Under the pieces are notes generated by a model, which searched no databases, was not told the origin of the DNA, and saw nothing but the letters and a program-made list of their open reading frames with translations. Position numbers and translations under genes: made by a program. A stretch of 48,031 nt of DNA, counting the filler, from Sphacelaria rigidula (Eukaryota): assembly GCA_964200075.2 (NCBI GenBank). It is 2 parts of 2 records of this genome, joined end to end, with 100 filler letters (N's around TTAATTAATTAA, not from the genome) between each part and the next. Parts side by side here need not be neighbours in the genome. Positions count along the whole stretch, not along the records: positions 1 to 23,976 come from CAXNAA020000235.1; positions 24,077 to 48,031 come from CAXNAA020000236.1. One strand, given 5' to 3'. Of the stretch, positions 22,857-36,400 are shown in pieces (the stretch's first letter is position 1; each line of letters begins with the position of its first letter).

Positions 22857-23265
22857 TACGGACTCAGTGCGAGGAAGGGGTTCAAAGTGTAGATTGTGAC
22901 AACGAAAATAAGAAGGAAATGTGCAGTAGCAGGGAGGTCCATGTGGGTGTGGAAAGTGTACCCTCAAAAATGCGTAGAGTCGTTAATGGGTGTGCAACTA
23001 TGCTTACATGCCGTTCAAGGTGTGAGGATGTTCACAGAGCCAAAAACGCGGCCGTGATTGTATTGGGTGTTTGTTTTCGTCCAGTAGCTAATTTGCTCAC
23101 GGCTTCAATCGTGGTTGCAAGACGGAGGTGGAGGTCCCGCGGAAGTTGAGATGAGATGAACGGAAAACACTCTCGCCAAAAAACGCTCCGCAAAAAAAAA
23201 AATGAAAAAAACACGTGCGAGTACATGGCGAGTGTGTGAAATCACATCACCTCTTGTTTCGTGTT

Positions 23266-23304
<39 letters not shown>

Positions 23305-23976
23305 CCCTACCCCCCCCCCACCCCCNNNNNNNNNACACGGGCGGGTCCAGGCGGGGGGTGGAAAACACCCCACCCCCTTTTTTTGTGTTTTTCCCCCCCC
23401 CCCCCCCCCCCCCCATCATAGCTTGGTCCGGCGAACACCCGGTGCGTTCCGTCCAGGCTCTGTAGGGGTGCGAGGTAAATAGTTTTGTGACAACAGCATG
23501 CGACATCATGAGTGCACCCATCGTGGTGCCTTAGGTTGGGCGGTATGATGTTGAGACTGACATCAAAACCCCTACATTTTCCCACTTTCCAAGAGTAATA
23601 GAAGAGGGACACCCGCGACCCTCCGTCTCCTCTCCCCTTTTTCATGAAGGCTGTTTTGGAAATGTAATGAGTCATTGTCCACAATTCGAGTTGTGGTTTT
23701 ATTTTTTGGATCATACAGAGCAATTGTCGCTCAAAAGTTGTCCGTGGATTCCGCCTTCCCCTTGTACGCGTGCAAGATCATGAGTATCGCCCGCCCCCCC
23801 GTCTTATCCTCCGTCTCGAAAGGGATGCGTGGTCAATTGTCAAACGATTTATTATGATTATTTTCGCACATTAGTCCGATCTCGCCAACCCGTGGTTCCA
23901 ATACCGTCCCTGCTATTCCTTACCAGACACATTACCAAAATAAAGAAAAAAAAAAAAAGAGCAACGCCACGAAAAC

Positions 23977-24076
23977 NNNNNNNNNNNNNNNNNNNNNNNN
24001 NNNNNNNNNNNNNNNNNNNNTTAATTAATTAANNNNNNNNNNNNNNNNNNNNNNNNNNNNNNNNNNNNNNNNNNNN
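23977..24076. other. Artificial assembly spacer N44-TTAATTAATTAA-N44
   Basis: Exactly 100 bp and symmetric. TTAATTAATTAA places stop codons in all six frames, as in pseudomolecule joining linkers. Confidence 0.95.
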
Positions 24077-24229
24077 AATGACGTTTTTGTCGGCCTAATG
24101 CCCCTCAATCGCGTAAATACTTCTTCTGCGCAATTCGCCGACTCTGTGAGTCTACAGCTCTGACCGAAACCGTCATTTTCCCTCATATTACCCGAAGTTA
24201 AACCTCAATTCGCACAATTTGGTGTTCGA

Positions 24230-24390
24230 TTCTCTGAAAGCTGGCTTTTGGTTTATCATCTTTCTGCTCAGATCGGGACACTCCTCCCGCATCTCCCCCG
24301 AATCTGGGGCTCAAATCGGGGGAGACGCGGGAGTGTCCCGATCTGAGTAGAAAGATAGATGATTAACCAAAAGTCAGCGTCCAGAGAAAT
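24230..24390. repeat. Long palindrome/hairpin, probably the centre of a foldback element
   Basis: CTTTCTGCTCAGATCGGGACACTC..CCCGC.TCTCCCCCGA loop TCGGGGGAGACGCGGGAGTGTCCCGATCTGAGTAGAAAG, with the arms extending imperfectly outward. Confidence 0.75.
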
Positions 24391-24613
24391 GGAGAATCGA
24401 TCTGGTTTCCTCAAAGCTAGGCGAAAAACATTGCCCAACGGACTGAGGTCCGAGAAATCAATCCACGGGAGAAAATAGGATATTATACATGAATGGGCTG
24501 AAATCCTCATATTTGTACAAATACGGATTGCTTACCATACAAGGCGGTCTAAGTCCGCGCCTTTTATTGCGTGACTTGTACAGGCAAAAATTCCCCCAAG
24601 AAAGCCTGTTTTG

Positions 24614-24785
24614 TAGGGCTGTGAACTGGACCAGTTTGTACTATCGATCAAAGTGGAACAACTGGAGTTAAAGTAGAACTGGCGACGAGAGCGCCGGTTT
24701 ATCCAGTTTATTTGAGGTTTACCGTCACCGGCTATTTTTATACCCATTCTATCTGCTACAATATCACTTGGAGGTGTAGCGAGCG

Positions 24786-24816
<31 letters not shown>

Positions 24817-25123
24817 CATCATGTTCAAAACGCCGTTCATGCAATTGACAATTGGGGTCTGGCGTTCGGCAGTTCCGCATCAAGCGTCTCGCCGTATTAC
24901 AGAAGTCACAACTCTCTTTCTTTTTTTCTTCAGTTTTCATAATTATTTTCCTCATTCGACGGACTAGCCATCGACCTACATTCCACGGCCCCCAAAAAGA
25001 CAAAAACGGCAGAACCACGAGGTATTATTAGTGGTGTACAGTAAGTATCTTTGATTTGTTAAACTCACTATTCTAAAATTGGTATAAAAAGTAGCCGGTG
25101 ACGGCAAACCTCAAATAAACTGG

Positions 25124-25158
<35 letters not shown>

Positions 25159-25277
25159 CTGGCGCCCTCGTCGCCAGTTCCAGTTTAATAGTGACCCCAG
25201 TTCCAGTTCAATCGACAGACAGTAGTAGAAGTACTCGTGGTAGTGTAAACCAGAAACTGGTCCAGTCCACAACTCTA
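24614..25277. mobile_element. hAT-like foldback MITE (~664 bp) containing (TA)n tracts
   Basis: TAGGGCTGTGAACTGGACCAGTTT ... AAACTGGTCCAGTCCACAACTCTA. Inner arms 24675-24745 vs 25080-25180 are near-perfect inverted repeats. No clean 8-bp TSD is visible, so the superfamily call is tentative. Confidence 0.6.
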
Positions 25278-28200
25278 AAAGCTTTTATTTTTATTTTTAT
25301 TTGTCTCTCTTTTGCTTTTCCTCCTCCTTTTTTCTGTTTGTATCGCTTCTGTGTGATTTTTTCTTGGTTCAATTTTATTTATATATTTCATATTCTTATA
25401 CCCTGTTTTGGGTTGTCATCCTGTGACCGCGGAAGGCTCCGCCCAGTACAGTACAGAGTACTGCGCATATATGTATATGTATATATATATATCGGAACAG
25501 TTTTTGATGCGTGTGAAGACATCAACAACCCTGACGCGCAAAACAAGGGAATTTGCACTGCATCAATTCCATTGCTTTTCCTCCTAGTTTTTGTTTTTGC
25601 TGGACACGCCCTGGAGTACAGCAGCAGTAAATTGCCGTGTATAGGAGTAGTGGGTGCAAACAGTTACAGTACTGGTTAGTTCTGGCATCTGGCATGATGA
25701 GTGAATAACACTCGACGTGATTGGAAAATGACACAATGTATAGAACTCGGTTGAATGATGATGTCTGTATGAATAACGAACGTTGAAGAATCTGCCGCTT
25801 GGTTGCTGGCTGCGTATTGCGTGCTTTGCACGGGTGACGGGCGCGCGAGAGAGGCGACTAGGCCCAAGGCCTGCGCTTTTTTGCTCAGGTGGGTGAAATA
25901 TATCTCAGTGTCCCTTTTTGATTGCTTAGCCTGTGTCTACTGTCCGACGACTGCGTCGCGTACCCACGGCGCCTGCTCCTCATCCTACAACAGCTGATAC
26001 CTGACCAGCCTGTAGCTGTATCTGTAGCTCCTGCTGATGGTGAAAAAGACCGATATGAGCCCATGGGTTCTGGAGCGTCATGGACCAGCAGCAGTGGACC
26101 ATATGAGCACACACTGAAGAGCAACAGATAGTTGCAGTAAAACGCAAAACCGCTCGCAACAGTTACTTTTGAAATTTGCCGACAGCTCCAGTTTAAAACC
26201 AATTGCCCCGCAGCTGAAAGATTGCAGCTGCTCCTCCGCCAAGCAGCAAAGTCGTTTGCAGGTCCCATCTCCAATACAGCTCCCGACCAGACACTGAACT
26301 GAGATATCTCCGGCCATCTGTGTCCGCGGGATATCTCGACAATTCGAGAACAAAGTACTGCATTTTTGAGTTGTGCAAAGTGCGCAATTCTCAGGCTTCT
26401 ATATGGGTATATCCTTGGCTGCTACACTGAAACCCACACAGCGGGATAACGTACTGTACACCGATGCAAACACTGGTTCGGCGGGAGGCCATTTGGTGCA
26501 CGCCGCAAGGACAGTTTCTTTGAGCGTGATGCGCCATTTTCAGTCACATCATCCTTTCTTCTGATGCATTGACGGACTTCTAACTACTTGGGTTTTATAG
26601 CAGGGGCGTGTGAACACTTACTTGAGTCATGCCCGCACGCACAAGATGTGGTCAAAATGTATACTTCTATTTCTAGTGCAAGACTCACACTTGTTGCTGA
26701 ACACACACGTATAGCTGAACACAACGGTACTGGAGTCAACACAAAATCTGTGTATCCTTCGCGGGCAAACCCGCGGCGAGGTGGTGGTATGTCGATATAC
26801 GTTGTATATACACCTACGGCGACAGTGTCAGCCTGGTAACCCCTCCGAATCAGCAGCCGCAGATCTCAAAACATTAAGTGGTACCTAAAAGTGACTTCGG
26901 CGGTAAGCCGCCCATCTCCAAAATATCTTTCGGCGCCGACACGTCTGAATTCGGCTACCGTGGCAGCACCGCACCGTTCCCCCCGCCCCTAGGTACTGTA
27001 AACGTGCGACAATCTCTTCCCCCAGGCATATAATGCAGTTACTGTTACAGTAGTTTTATACAATTTCCCCACTCACGTAGCACCCCTTTGGAGAACCCGG
27101 GGTTTGAAGCCTGGCGGTGTCGTACGAGTGATGCCTTCGAATTTGGCTCGTATTCATAGGCGGTGGATGCATCACCTCGTTCGCTCATCAACTTTTGAAT
27201 TGAAGGAGGTACAGCGCACCCTTGTCCAGTACTCTCCCCTCTTGCACAAGCAATTCTGCCGCGTACGAGCTTTCCCAACGTCAAAGAAGCAAACTTGCCA
27301 GTCCAGGAATTGAGCTCACCTACCTCAACCTTTTTGGAACTCTCCCTTCTCATCCTCCGATCAGACGCCTCGTTCTTGCCAAGACGTGCAAAGAAGAAGG
27401 TGGAAACAAAAACGTCCGAGCGTAACCATGAAGGCGGAGAGAGGGCAAGAGAAATCTACAAGTACACGCCATGCGCATACAAAAAGTATCGCTCTGCTGT
27501 GGTCGAATCGGTCGCGTCCACCAGTAGCACGTACCGGGTGAATATGTGTCCGGTTGTGTTCATGTCATGCCATCAGTTGCAGTATGAAACCCTCATACTG
27601 CAGACCGTCAGTTTCAATGTCTCCAGTTCCCTAGTACAACATGTCGAGCTCGTTTATAAGCCTTTAGCAGGGTCACCTCGTATACCGTGGCATAAAGACT
27701 GCAAAAGGACTCCGTGCTGTTCTGTACCATGCAACATGGATGGTAACAATAATCACGAAAGCAAGGACTTCGCTCTCCGCAACAATGACCATTTAGGCAA
27801 GCACCACCTTCTCTGAGCTTGCAACGTGACCCAAGCGCGCTCTGTTGTACATGTTGAGGCCGTTTGCCGCACGCCCATGAGTCGTGAAGATTTGTGTTGT
27901 GCAATTCCTCCGCTCTCAGTACCATCAGCCACGTCGTCAGCCAATGTGGGTTTAGACCGGGCATGCTCGTTTCGTTCGTCAAAGTAAGAGTACTGTTCGT
28001 GCTGTAAATCATTTGTTTTTTCGGACGTCGATACCCACCTGCTGAAGATTTTTCTGTTTTTTGGACAGCGAGTAGAGCGGTGGTGCCAGGTCGCATATAT
28101 TCCATAGACGCGCACGTACGGTTGTGTCGTCTATTGCATGGTTCGTGCAGAAATCAAGGAACCGTCGATTTCGTGGCAAGAAGAAGGAAGTGAATATGAA

Positions 28201-29114
28201 AAAACTGATGCGCTGTCAAAGTAAAAATGTGTGTTTTCCAGCCCACGGCTGCGACATATAGCAGTATTGTGCCACAAGGAAACGAAGCACCACCATCAGT
28301 ACAGCACAACACCACCTGGAATGTAGGTTGTGTTGATTGCTACTGTACAGTGTGCGTAAGGCGCTATTGTTGGGTGCTGATGATTAGTACGGACTTTTGC
28401 TGCACTTGTATGCATATACAAAAGACAGCCAAGTGATCAAGCATGCGTGCCATTTCCCAACTTTCACAAGTGGGGAGATGTGGTCATACCTCATTTCCAC
28501 GAAATTGCCGGATAAAACTAGGATTGCATCAACCATACTTGGATTAGAATTCGTCAGTCTGAAAATCGCTAGCCTCAAGATCTCAAGTACCGGAAGGGTT
28601 AACGATAATATGGTTTCGAATCTTACTCGAAGACCATGGGGCGCACGGTCCCTGTTCAGGACTTGCATCCCAGAACATAACCGTACATATGGGCTACTGA
28701 GTCAAAACTGAAATCACCTTCAAGACATAGAATCCGCAGAGATGCAACCTGAAATCGACGAAATCAATCAAGACACAACGTGAAAATGAAATCTCAACCG
28801 ATTTCGTCTGCATCGTTCAAACGATGATACTCCGAAGTTTTATTGTTCGAGCACCCGTACATGCCCGATACCCTGTAAATTGCCCTCTTTGCCTTTTCTT
28901 CCCTTTTTGTTGGTACCCTGGCCGACCAGATCACGAGGCAACATCGCCAGCGTACTCCCCCCCACGAGATTGCAACTAGCCAACACTTGTTGGAAAAAAC
29001 GCGGCTCATTTTACCCGTCATTCATCGCTTGCCTGGAGGAAGCGGTGGCGCTCACTTTCACGGGGTCGAGCTCAGAGTCTGTGGTGTCGAGGTGTGACAC
29101 ACACATAAGACAGG

Positions 29115-29363
29115 ATGATCGAGCCGGCGCTGAGGGGCCCGCTTGCTGTTGTGGCCATCACAATCGTCGTTCTGGGAACGTGGAGGTTATACGGAGGCAA
29201 GCCGCTGTCTCTCCCGGGGGATATTCGATACGAGAGCGAAGGAGTTAGTGTGCAATTTCCCTGGGTATCTTGTCTTGTGCTGTCTGCTTTTGCTAACATT
29301 TTCATGCGGGCATGGCAAGGGGGTGCTATGCCCCCCCCTGGACAGGCTAGACACCGAGCATGA
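29115..29363 (+). CDS. DUF2905-like small two-TM membrane protein (82 aa, apparently intronless)
   Basis: MIEPALRGPLAVVAITIVVLGTWRLYGGKPLSLPGDIRYESEGVSVQFPWVSCLVLSAFANIF... has the layout TM - 'LPGDI' - beta hairpin - 'FP..SC...S' - TM. This matches the bacterial DUF2905 consensus as I recall it (GRLPGDI.I......YFP.TT.I..S). Confidence 0.75.
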   Translation: MIEPALRGPLAVVAITIVVLGTWRLYGGKPLSLPGDIRYESEGVSVQFPWVSCLVLSAFANIFMRAWQGGAMPPPGQARHRA

Positions 29364-30485
29364 AACTGCCGAGATTCCCACCCCTACTGGAGTGGGCGCG
29401 GAGGCGCGGGGGCGTGGGGGCGCGGGGGCGTGGGAGATACTTTAGTTTTGCATGCTTTATTCCTTAGACCGTTAAACGTGCATCCTCAAGAGTACGGAGT
29501 ATTTTTCACGTTAGACCGATCACCGACGACCAATCGTACCTCCCCGTCATGGCAGAGGTGGGTTAGAACCGCGTTTGCCCATCCTACCATCTCCCTCTCT
29601 CTCTGTCATGACAGTGTTTTGTGTTGTATATTCAGGGGAGTATATTCAAACGTACTAGGACACACGCGTCGTTCTGTCGGCGACTTTTTTGCTTATTTTG
29701 TAGAAGTGCATCACGTTGGGATGCGATGGGAAACGGGACAACTGTGAGGGAGCCTCGTAGGCAGCACTTTTGTTCTACGGTGGCCATGGCAGCAGCGGTT
29801 TTGGGACGGAGCGGTATTACCTTGAGGAGGCGTGTTTGTACTGATACACCCTATTACGTAGCCTTCGCGTCGTTTTCCTTTGTAACAAACCGTGAAGTCG
29901 GAATTCCTGTTTTCACACCGTTTTCAATTTTGAATGGTAACTTGTTGTCTCTGTCCTGTCGATGTTGACTTGTGTTGTCCCCGTGTATGTAGATGTCGCC
30001 AGACCTTTTACTTGTGGGAAGTGGGTACGTGGGAGGCAGGGGTACGAGGACACGGGCTGTTCCGCTTTTTGTACGTATGCTGCAAGACTGCAATAAGTTG
30101 TACTTTTTTGGGACCCGTATGCTGCCATTCCATGCCCATACGTTGGTGGATTCCCCCGAAATGTAGCATGCTACCCCAAGACGGGAATCGCATTTACTTG
30201 AAGCATTTCCCTGTCATGGATTCCGCAATCTACCGACGTTGCCGTGGTGGAGAAAACGCGATTGAATCGATCCAGGAGTCGGTAATTGTCACCCTGCCGA
30301 GGTGGCAATTGTACTCATATATCATGATCGATATCGTCGTACAGCGAGCTGTTTCACCTTCAATATTTTGGCACCTACAGCTATACAAGCCCATTACCGG
30401 ACATCCTCTGAATCCGTTCGACACATCTGACCTCTCGCCTCTTTCCCAATCCTCGGCGTGGGGACCCCGCTGATCGGATATCTGA

Positions 30486-33400
30486 CTACACCGGTCGAGC
30501 AAGCGTAACTGGCTTATTCGCCGGTCCCTTCTCCCCCCCATCGCCCCCCTTCAGCTTCTGCAGCTCTCGCCGTAATGCCTGCACCTGGGCTGCTGCCGCC
30601 GCCCCTCCCGCCCCACCGCCCCCAGCCGAATTCGTAACGGTCTTACATCTCGCCGCGAATTGCAGCGCATTGATAGTCTCCGACGCATTGTAGTCGGCAG
30701 GAGACGCGCACACAAACATCAGCGTCTTACTGTTGCCCCCGAGAGAATCGCTCATCATCATGGTGAGCGCGTGGTTGCGGTAGGGGATGTGCTTGATACC
30801 CGTGGTCAAAGCTCCGATAACATCTCCCAACGCAGACAAAGATTTGTTGATGCTCTGGGCTTCTTTCAGTTGATCTCCGGATGCACCACTCTTGCCAACG
30901 CGTTCAGACCCCGCAAGGTCGACCAGAGTTAGCTTGCCTCGGATAGATGACCCCGTGCGTCGGTTCGTGGAGCTGACAACTATGGAGCACAGCAAATGGG
31001 ACCGCGAACTATCCGAGTTCATTTGAGTTGAGGAAACCGTACGCCCTTCCGCACCGAGCTTTGAAGAACACAAGATGCATGGAGGGGAGGGGGATCGGAT
31101 CGAACGGTTTTAGGTGAAGCTGTGGACCGTTAACCGCGATCTCCAGAAAGAAAACTGTGGTGGGCTAGTGTTGCGGGGAAACGCATTCGGGCATCGACAA
31201 AGATGGAACAGGGCGGACAATTAGATCATGTACGGTCAAATGGCGTCGACCTGTGATGCTGAAGAACGGGCCAGGAGATTCTATTATACAGCAACCGACA
31301 GAAGCCCAAAATTTCTTCAATTTAGACGTCATCTCAATAACATCAACGTGCCGCTTGGCTGTGCCTGCTACAACCATATGGTGCCGGTGCACAGAGGCTG
31401 TGGTGATTGTGAATGAGGCAGCTCCTAAGATGAGAAAACCGGCCGAAATTTGAACGCTCTTATCACGATGGGTCAAACCCGGCAGCACATTGCGCTCGCA
31501 GACGTGTGTGTTCTCGCGAAAACGCGACTGCTGGAAACTTGTGTCTGACTCCCACACATGTTCACGTTACACCGGGCCTTGGTGAAAACCTGCCGGGATT
31601 CATCTCGGGACCCGTCCTTGTCCGGTATCTCTACAAGGCTTCTGTTTAATTCGTTTTCCCTTCTCGGAAGTTATGTTTTGGTATTTTTCTACTCAAGCTT
31701 ATGTCCCACTCGTGCAACAGTTTCTTACGTCCGGTGGCGAGTCCACAACAGCAACCGTCGACGATGCCTGTGCATGGCCAAATGCCTCGAATGAACTACA
31801 CGTATTCGTCGTACCCTTCAATGGTGGCAATCAGTGAAGATATGGATCATACCTGGATCGTTTTGATCATGGATTCAATGCTGTTGGCGTCTTTTTCGAT
31901 CCCTCCTTCAACCACCACCAGGCCGGTCCCGCTGTGTTCGGCAAGCTTGATGACTAGCTTCGTGTGGGTTCCCTTCCTGCACAACTGTGTGGAGACAAGT
32001 CGGAAATAATCTATCAGTGTCGGCTGGAAGGCTGTGCTTCGTTTATACCTGTTGGGTACACTTTTCCCATGAGTGATGCGTATTGCTTGGAGTGTTGGCC
32101 TGCTGTTTAGTATATTTTTTCGTATTAATCAAAACTTGCGAAACTCCTTGGCATGACTGAAACTGGACGACCGCCCCCCATGAGATTGTTCGTAGCGACT
32201 CACGAATAGCGCTAGTCGTCACAACAAGAGGGTGGAACATCTACGATGCATTGGGACATTTCTGACGTTAAGATTTTCTATCATATTCACCGCGTCTCCA
32301 CGTAATTTGATTTCTGGCTCGCGCAACATTTTTCAAGCAAACCACGCCGTGTCTTTTGTTGCGGCCATTCAAATCTGCCAGGCATTGTTAACCAGACACA
32401 TAGCATTCGGAGATACGTCGACGCACTCACCAGATCACGAAGTCCATCGCGATATAGCTCGAACATGGACACCTTGACGTTATACTCATACTGAGCCTCT
32501 CTCTCCTTCAGTACGCGGAACAACTCAAGCACTGCGCGGGGTGTTACCCCCGCCGTCCCATCACATTGACCCGTCCCAGCGTCCACCCCGCCGCCCACCC
32601 CACCCGCCCCGAACATTGTATAGGTTTTCCCGGAACCCGTCTGTCGTTCGACAATAGAAAGGGTAGAGTTTTGGCCGTTTGTGGATACATGAGTTGACAC
32701 GATGTTTTCATGTCACAAATAAAACGATACAGTAAACAAGAGCAGAAGATGAAGCTTGCCACGGGCTCCAGATCAGCTGGCTCCTTTTCATCGTCCCCTT
32801 GAATACTCCTATACACTCGCTGCACTTGAAGATATACTTTTTTGTTTAATGATTAGTCCAGTAGACTTACCTGTCCATAAGCGAAGATGCAAACGTTGTA
32901 GCCATCAACAGCAGATGTGACCAGATATCCGGTGTCCTTGAAGATATTGACTTGGTTATTGCCCTGCTCTTCGGTTCCTGACCACACCTGCAATCAACGA
33001 AAGAGACGTCTTTGGGTCTTCAAGTCATATTTAACGTTGAGATTGGCCCCCCTGTAGCATTTAACTGCAGCTGAACACACCACCGATGTCCGGGATTGGA
33101 AGGCACACTTGACTCACGACATTACTCGATGGAAATGCTCTAGCGGTTCATAGCACAATCGCGGGAGCTCGACTGAAGGCGAGTAACTCCATGTTCTGGC
33201 GCACAGGTGATGGCGGTAGTAGAAGGACTGCGTGGATCTCGAAGAGCTTGGATTATCTCGCGCAAATGTAACAGTGCGAATCTCAAGATTTGTTGCGCTA
33301 CATCTCCGCTGCGCGAAGCCATTAGCCGCGAATCACCGGTCAAAAGTGTTGCCCCACGAAAGCGTGGTCATGGCGCAAGATTGGATCCAAGCGAAGCATA

Positions 33401-36400
33401 AAGCACATTTTCTCTCACAACACGCAAGATATCGCATCAGCGAGGTTGGTGCCCGTGAGTCTTGCAGCCGAGCGAGCCATGAAGCCTGTGCCAATAAGGG
33501 ACTCACATTAATACTTGTACGGGACCTGGAACCCATGGTTACATAAGACCATTCATGTTGACCACGCTTTTGTTATATCTTTTTCCAGCTAGCAAACGAC
33601 TGAGCCAACCTGATCAAACTCAAAGGTCTTGTCTTCTTTAACCCTGGGATCTTCCACCGCGATGGTTTGCTTCCCTTGGGCCTCGACCGCCTCCTTGCAC
33701 CCGCGATCCCGCTCCTTTGTGCTGAATGGCCGTACTCGCACGTAGACACGAATTTTGCCTTTAAGATCTTCGTTTTTGTTATGCAACTGGAGGAAAACGC
33801 GAAGCAATTGCAACCAGCAGCCCCAAAATACTTTCAGAGAGTACAGGAGCATCGAGTACTGTTGTGCAGCTAGAAGCGCCAAGACAAGCTGTAGGTAGAA
33901 TCGAACGTATTTCATGAGACATGAAAGAAACGCCACTTTCTTGACTGACAGCTCGCACGTACGAGTGGATCCTGTCCTCAAAAACTTGACCGTGTCGTTC
34001 AACTGAAAGCTGTAAATCAGATACACGCATGGCACTTACTCTGGCTGTTTTCTCGAGGTTTTCTTCCACGAGTACCACTATCATATCGACCTTGCGGACG
34101 TCCATCTTACGACCAAGGCCGAACTCGTAGCAGACCAGCTGTTGTGCGATAATCCATCAATCAGCCGATCAATAATTCAATGTCTCAGGGACAAAGTCCA
34201 GAGACCTGCAAGAAAAAGTGGTGTTTTCTCCCTACGTACCACACGAGCCAAAAAAAAAGAAGTAGAAGAAGGATACGCAGCGTTCTCAGGTTCAGACCTG
34301 GCAAGTCCGACTCTGTGAGACTGTAAGGGAATGGTGTGCCTCTTCCTTTTCCTTCCGTACTTGCCATCTTTCTTCGCTCCGCCTCGCTCGCAACCAGTCC
34401 CTGCAGTAGGGCGTTTCGCTTGGCCGTAAGAGCTGCTCGTTCCAGCTCGGCGCTCATCTTCTCTCGCTGGGCGCTGACCTCTTTCCAGACTGCGGCGGCG
34501 CCATCCGCTTTGTTTTTCGCTGCAATCGCGTCGCTCTGGCAGGAAAAAATGGGCTCTCTATTAGAAGAAGCACACAATACATCATAATTCAGGTTCTTCG
34601 TTTCTGGCGGATTTGAAAGTCGAGACAGCCCGCAGGTGTTACCCGTCTGGGTTTCCTTGAGTACTTTTGTAGCTCGCCTCGTCCGGTCGTTGGGTTACTT
34701 GCAACCATGGAAATTGAACGACGAAGCTAAGGTAGGCTTGGCATCCGGGAGGGCGAAGCCCGTGGGATTTTGTTGGCAAAAATATTTTTACTTGACCGAT
34801 CAAATCCAGAATTTGGTGACGTTCATCATTTTTGCAAGAGTCTGACGTCAACTGAAGTATGGTGCTTCTGTCGCTATTTCACCCTAGTCTGTCCATCACA
34901 CAGTATGTGATGCTATATCCTCAACACCCTCAATTGCGTACGCAAGACATGCTTTCCGCCGTCGTCTCTCTAGGCAGCACTGGTTCAAGTATCTACGGCA
35001 CTTCGAAAACAGTACGGACGGTGCTTTAATAACCAAACAGAGAGAGTATTTCTCGAGTTAATCCTCATACGAATCGAGATCAATGCTGTCACATTGTCTA
35101 GTGACACCACGAGAAGTTCTACTGTCGTCGTCAGCCCTAGTAAAAATAAATACAATGTTAAAGGGACCAACAAAACAGAATCCCTGTCTTGCGCTCATGG
35201 ACATATCGAAGTTTACAATCGCCATGGCCGCATAAATACCTGGGCACGACTGATATCTGTTGCAGCCTTCGATTTTGCCGAAGCAACCTCCTTCTGAAGC
35301 ATCGCTAGTTCCTTCCCAAGCCTTTGCTCTAGTTCCTCTTGCTGCGTTCGCTTGAGATTGCCGAAATCTCGACGGGCACGGTCGCCATCGGCCTTGGCCT
35401 GAACAACAGCAGCCTACAGTTTCGAAACAAGAATGGCAAAATTCGTGCGAATTTAACGCATCGTTTGCCTGTTCGATGTGACGAACACTCGCAGAGGATT
35501 CAGCAATTTTACTTGTATCAACGAGAGAATTTCCGACCAGGTATCGTGCGTAATTCATCGCCCTCCTTTGATTTGCGGGAGCACTCACGGTGCTTTCGAT
35601 GCAGAAAAACATTTAGCATAGTCGTGTCCATTTAGCTCGGGCACACGAATGTTTAGCACCCTCAAAATTTACAATTCATGTGGATTGCCATCCTTATTGC
35701 AGCGTCATACTGATGGTAATCCCGATAATCTACGTGAGTCCCCGTATATAAGTCTGTGCTCAACTGTAACTCGCACAAGGCGATAAACGCTAAACCAGTC
35801 ACCGACATGAGTACGGTGACAGCTTCCTCCTTTTGCGCCTCTCCTCACCACTCGCTCACCTATGCATATTTCTTTTCACCTTCACCTTTCTACAACTCGG
35901 TCATGTGCAGGCTCGATAATGGTATTTGCAGTCAAATACAGGTCTGGCCACCCGGAAAGACAGAGGATCTGACCGTTACACATCACCAACAGCACACGGT
36001 GTAACGAAGTCCTGCGAGCAGATCATCAATGGAGCTTTGCAGTTGTTGAATTAACAGAGACGAATTCCCTCTCCTCATTTTCCCCGCACCTGGCACGTGT
36101 GCACAAGGTCGGATTCCTCTTTCGCTTTTGCCTCCGCCTCCCGTCGACTAGACTCTGCCGCAGCGGCAGCACCGGACTGTTCCCTGTCGGCCTGGTCAGC
36201 AAGCGCCTGCACTCGCGTAGCAGGTATCACACCCAGGATATGCCAGTCATGCGCCGCAAGAGTTATCCCGCGGCTGAGGCCCCTACTGGCACAGTTGGTA
36301 CTTGTAGTGGCAAGTTCGAAGTCCTTATCTTTTTCACGTTCTCGAATAAATTCACTCGGGTCTTCGCTGAATCAGATTCAGTTGTGCTAAAGCCGGGCAA

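Noticed and set aside
23261..23482. Poly-proline and poly-glycine ORFs and a G4-like poly-C tract
   Set aside because: Low-complexity, low-quality sequence next to N gaps; the ORFs are artefacts.
25885..28115. Cluster of 60-170 aa ORFs on both strands
   Set aside because: No recognisable motifs and no phase-consistent exon chain.
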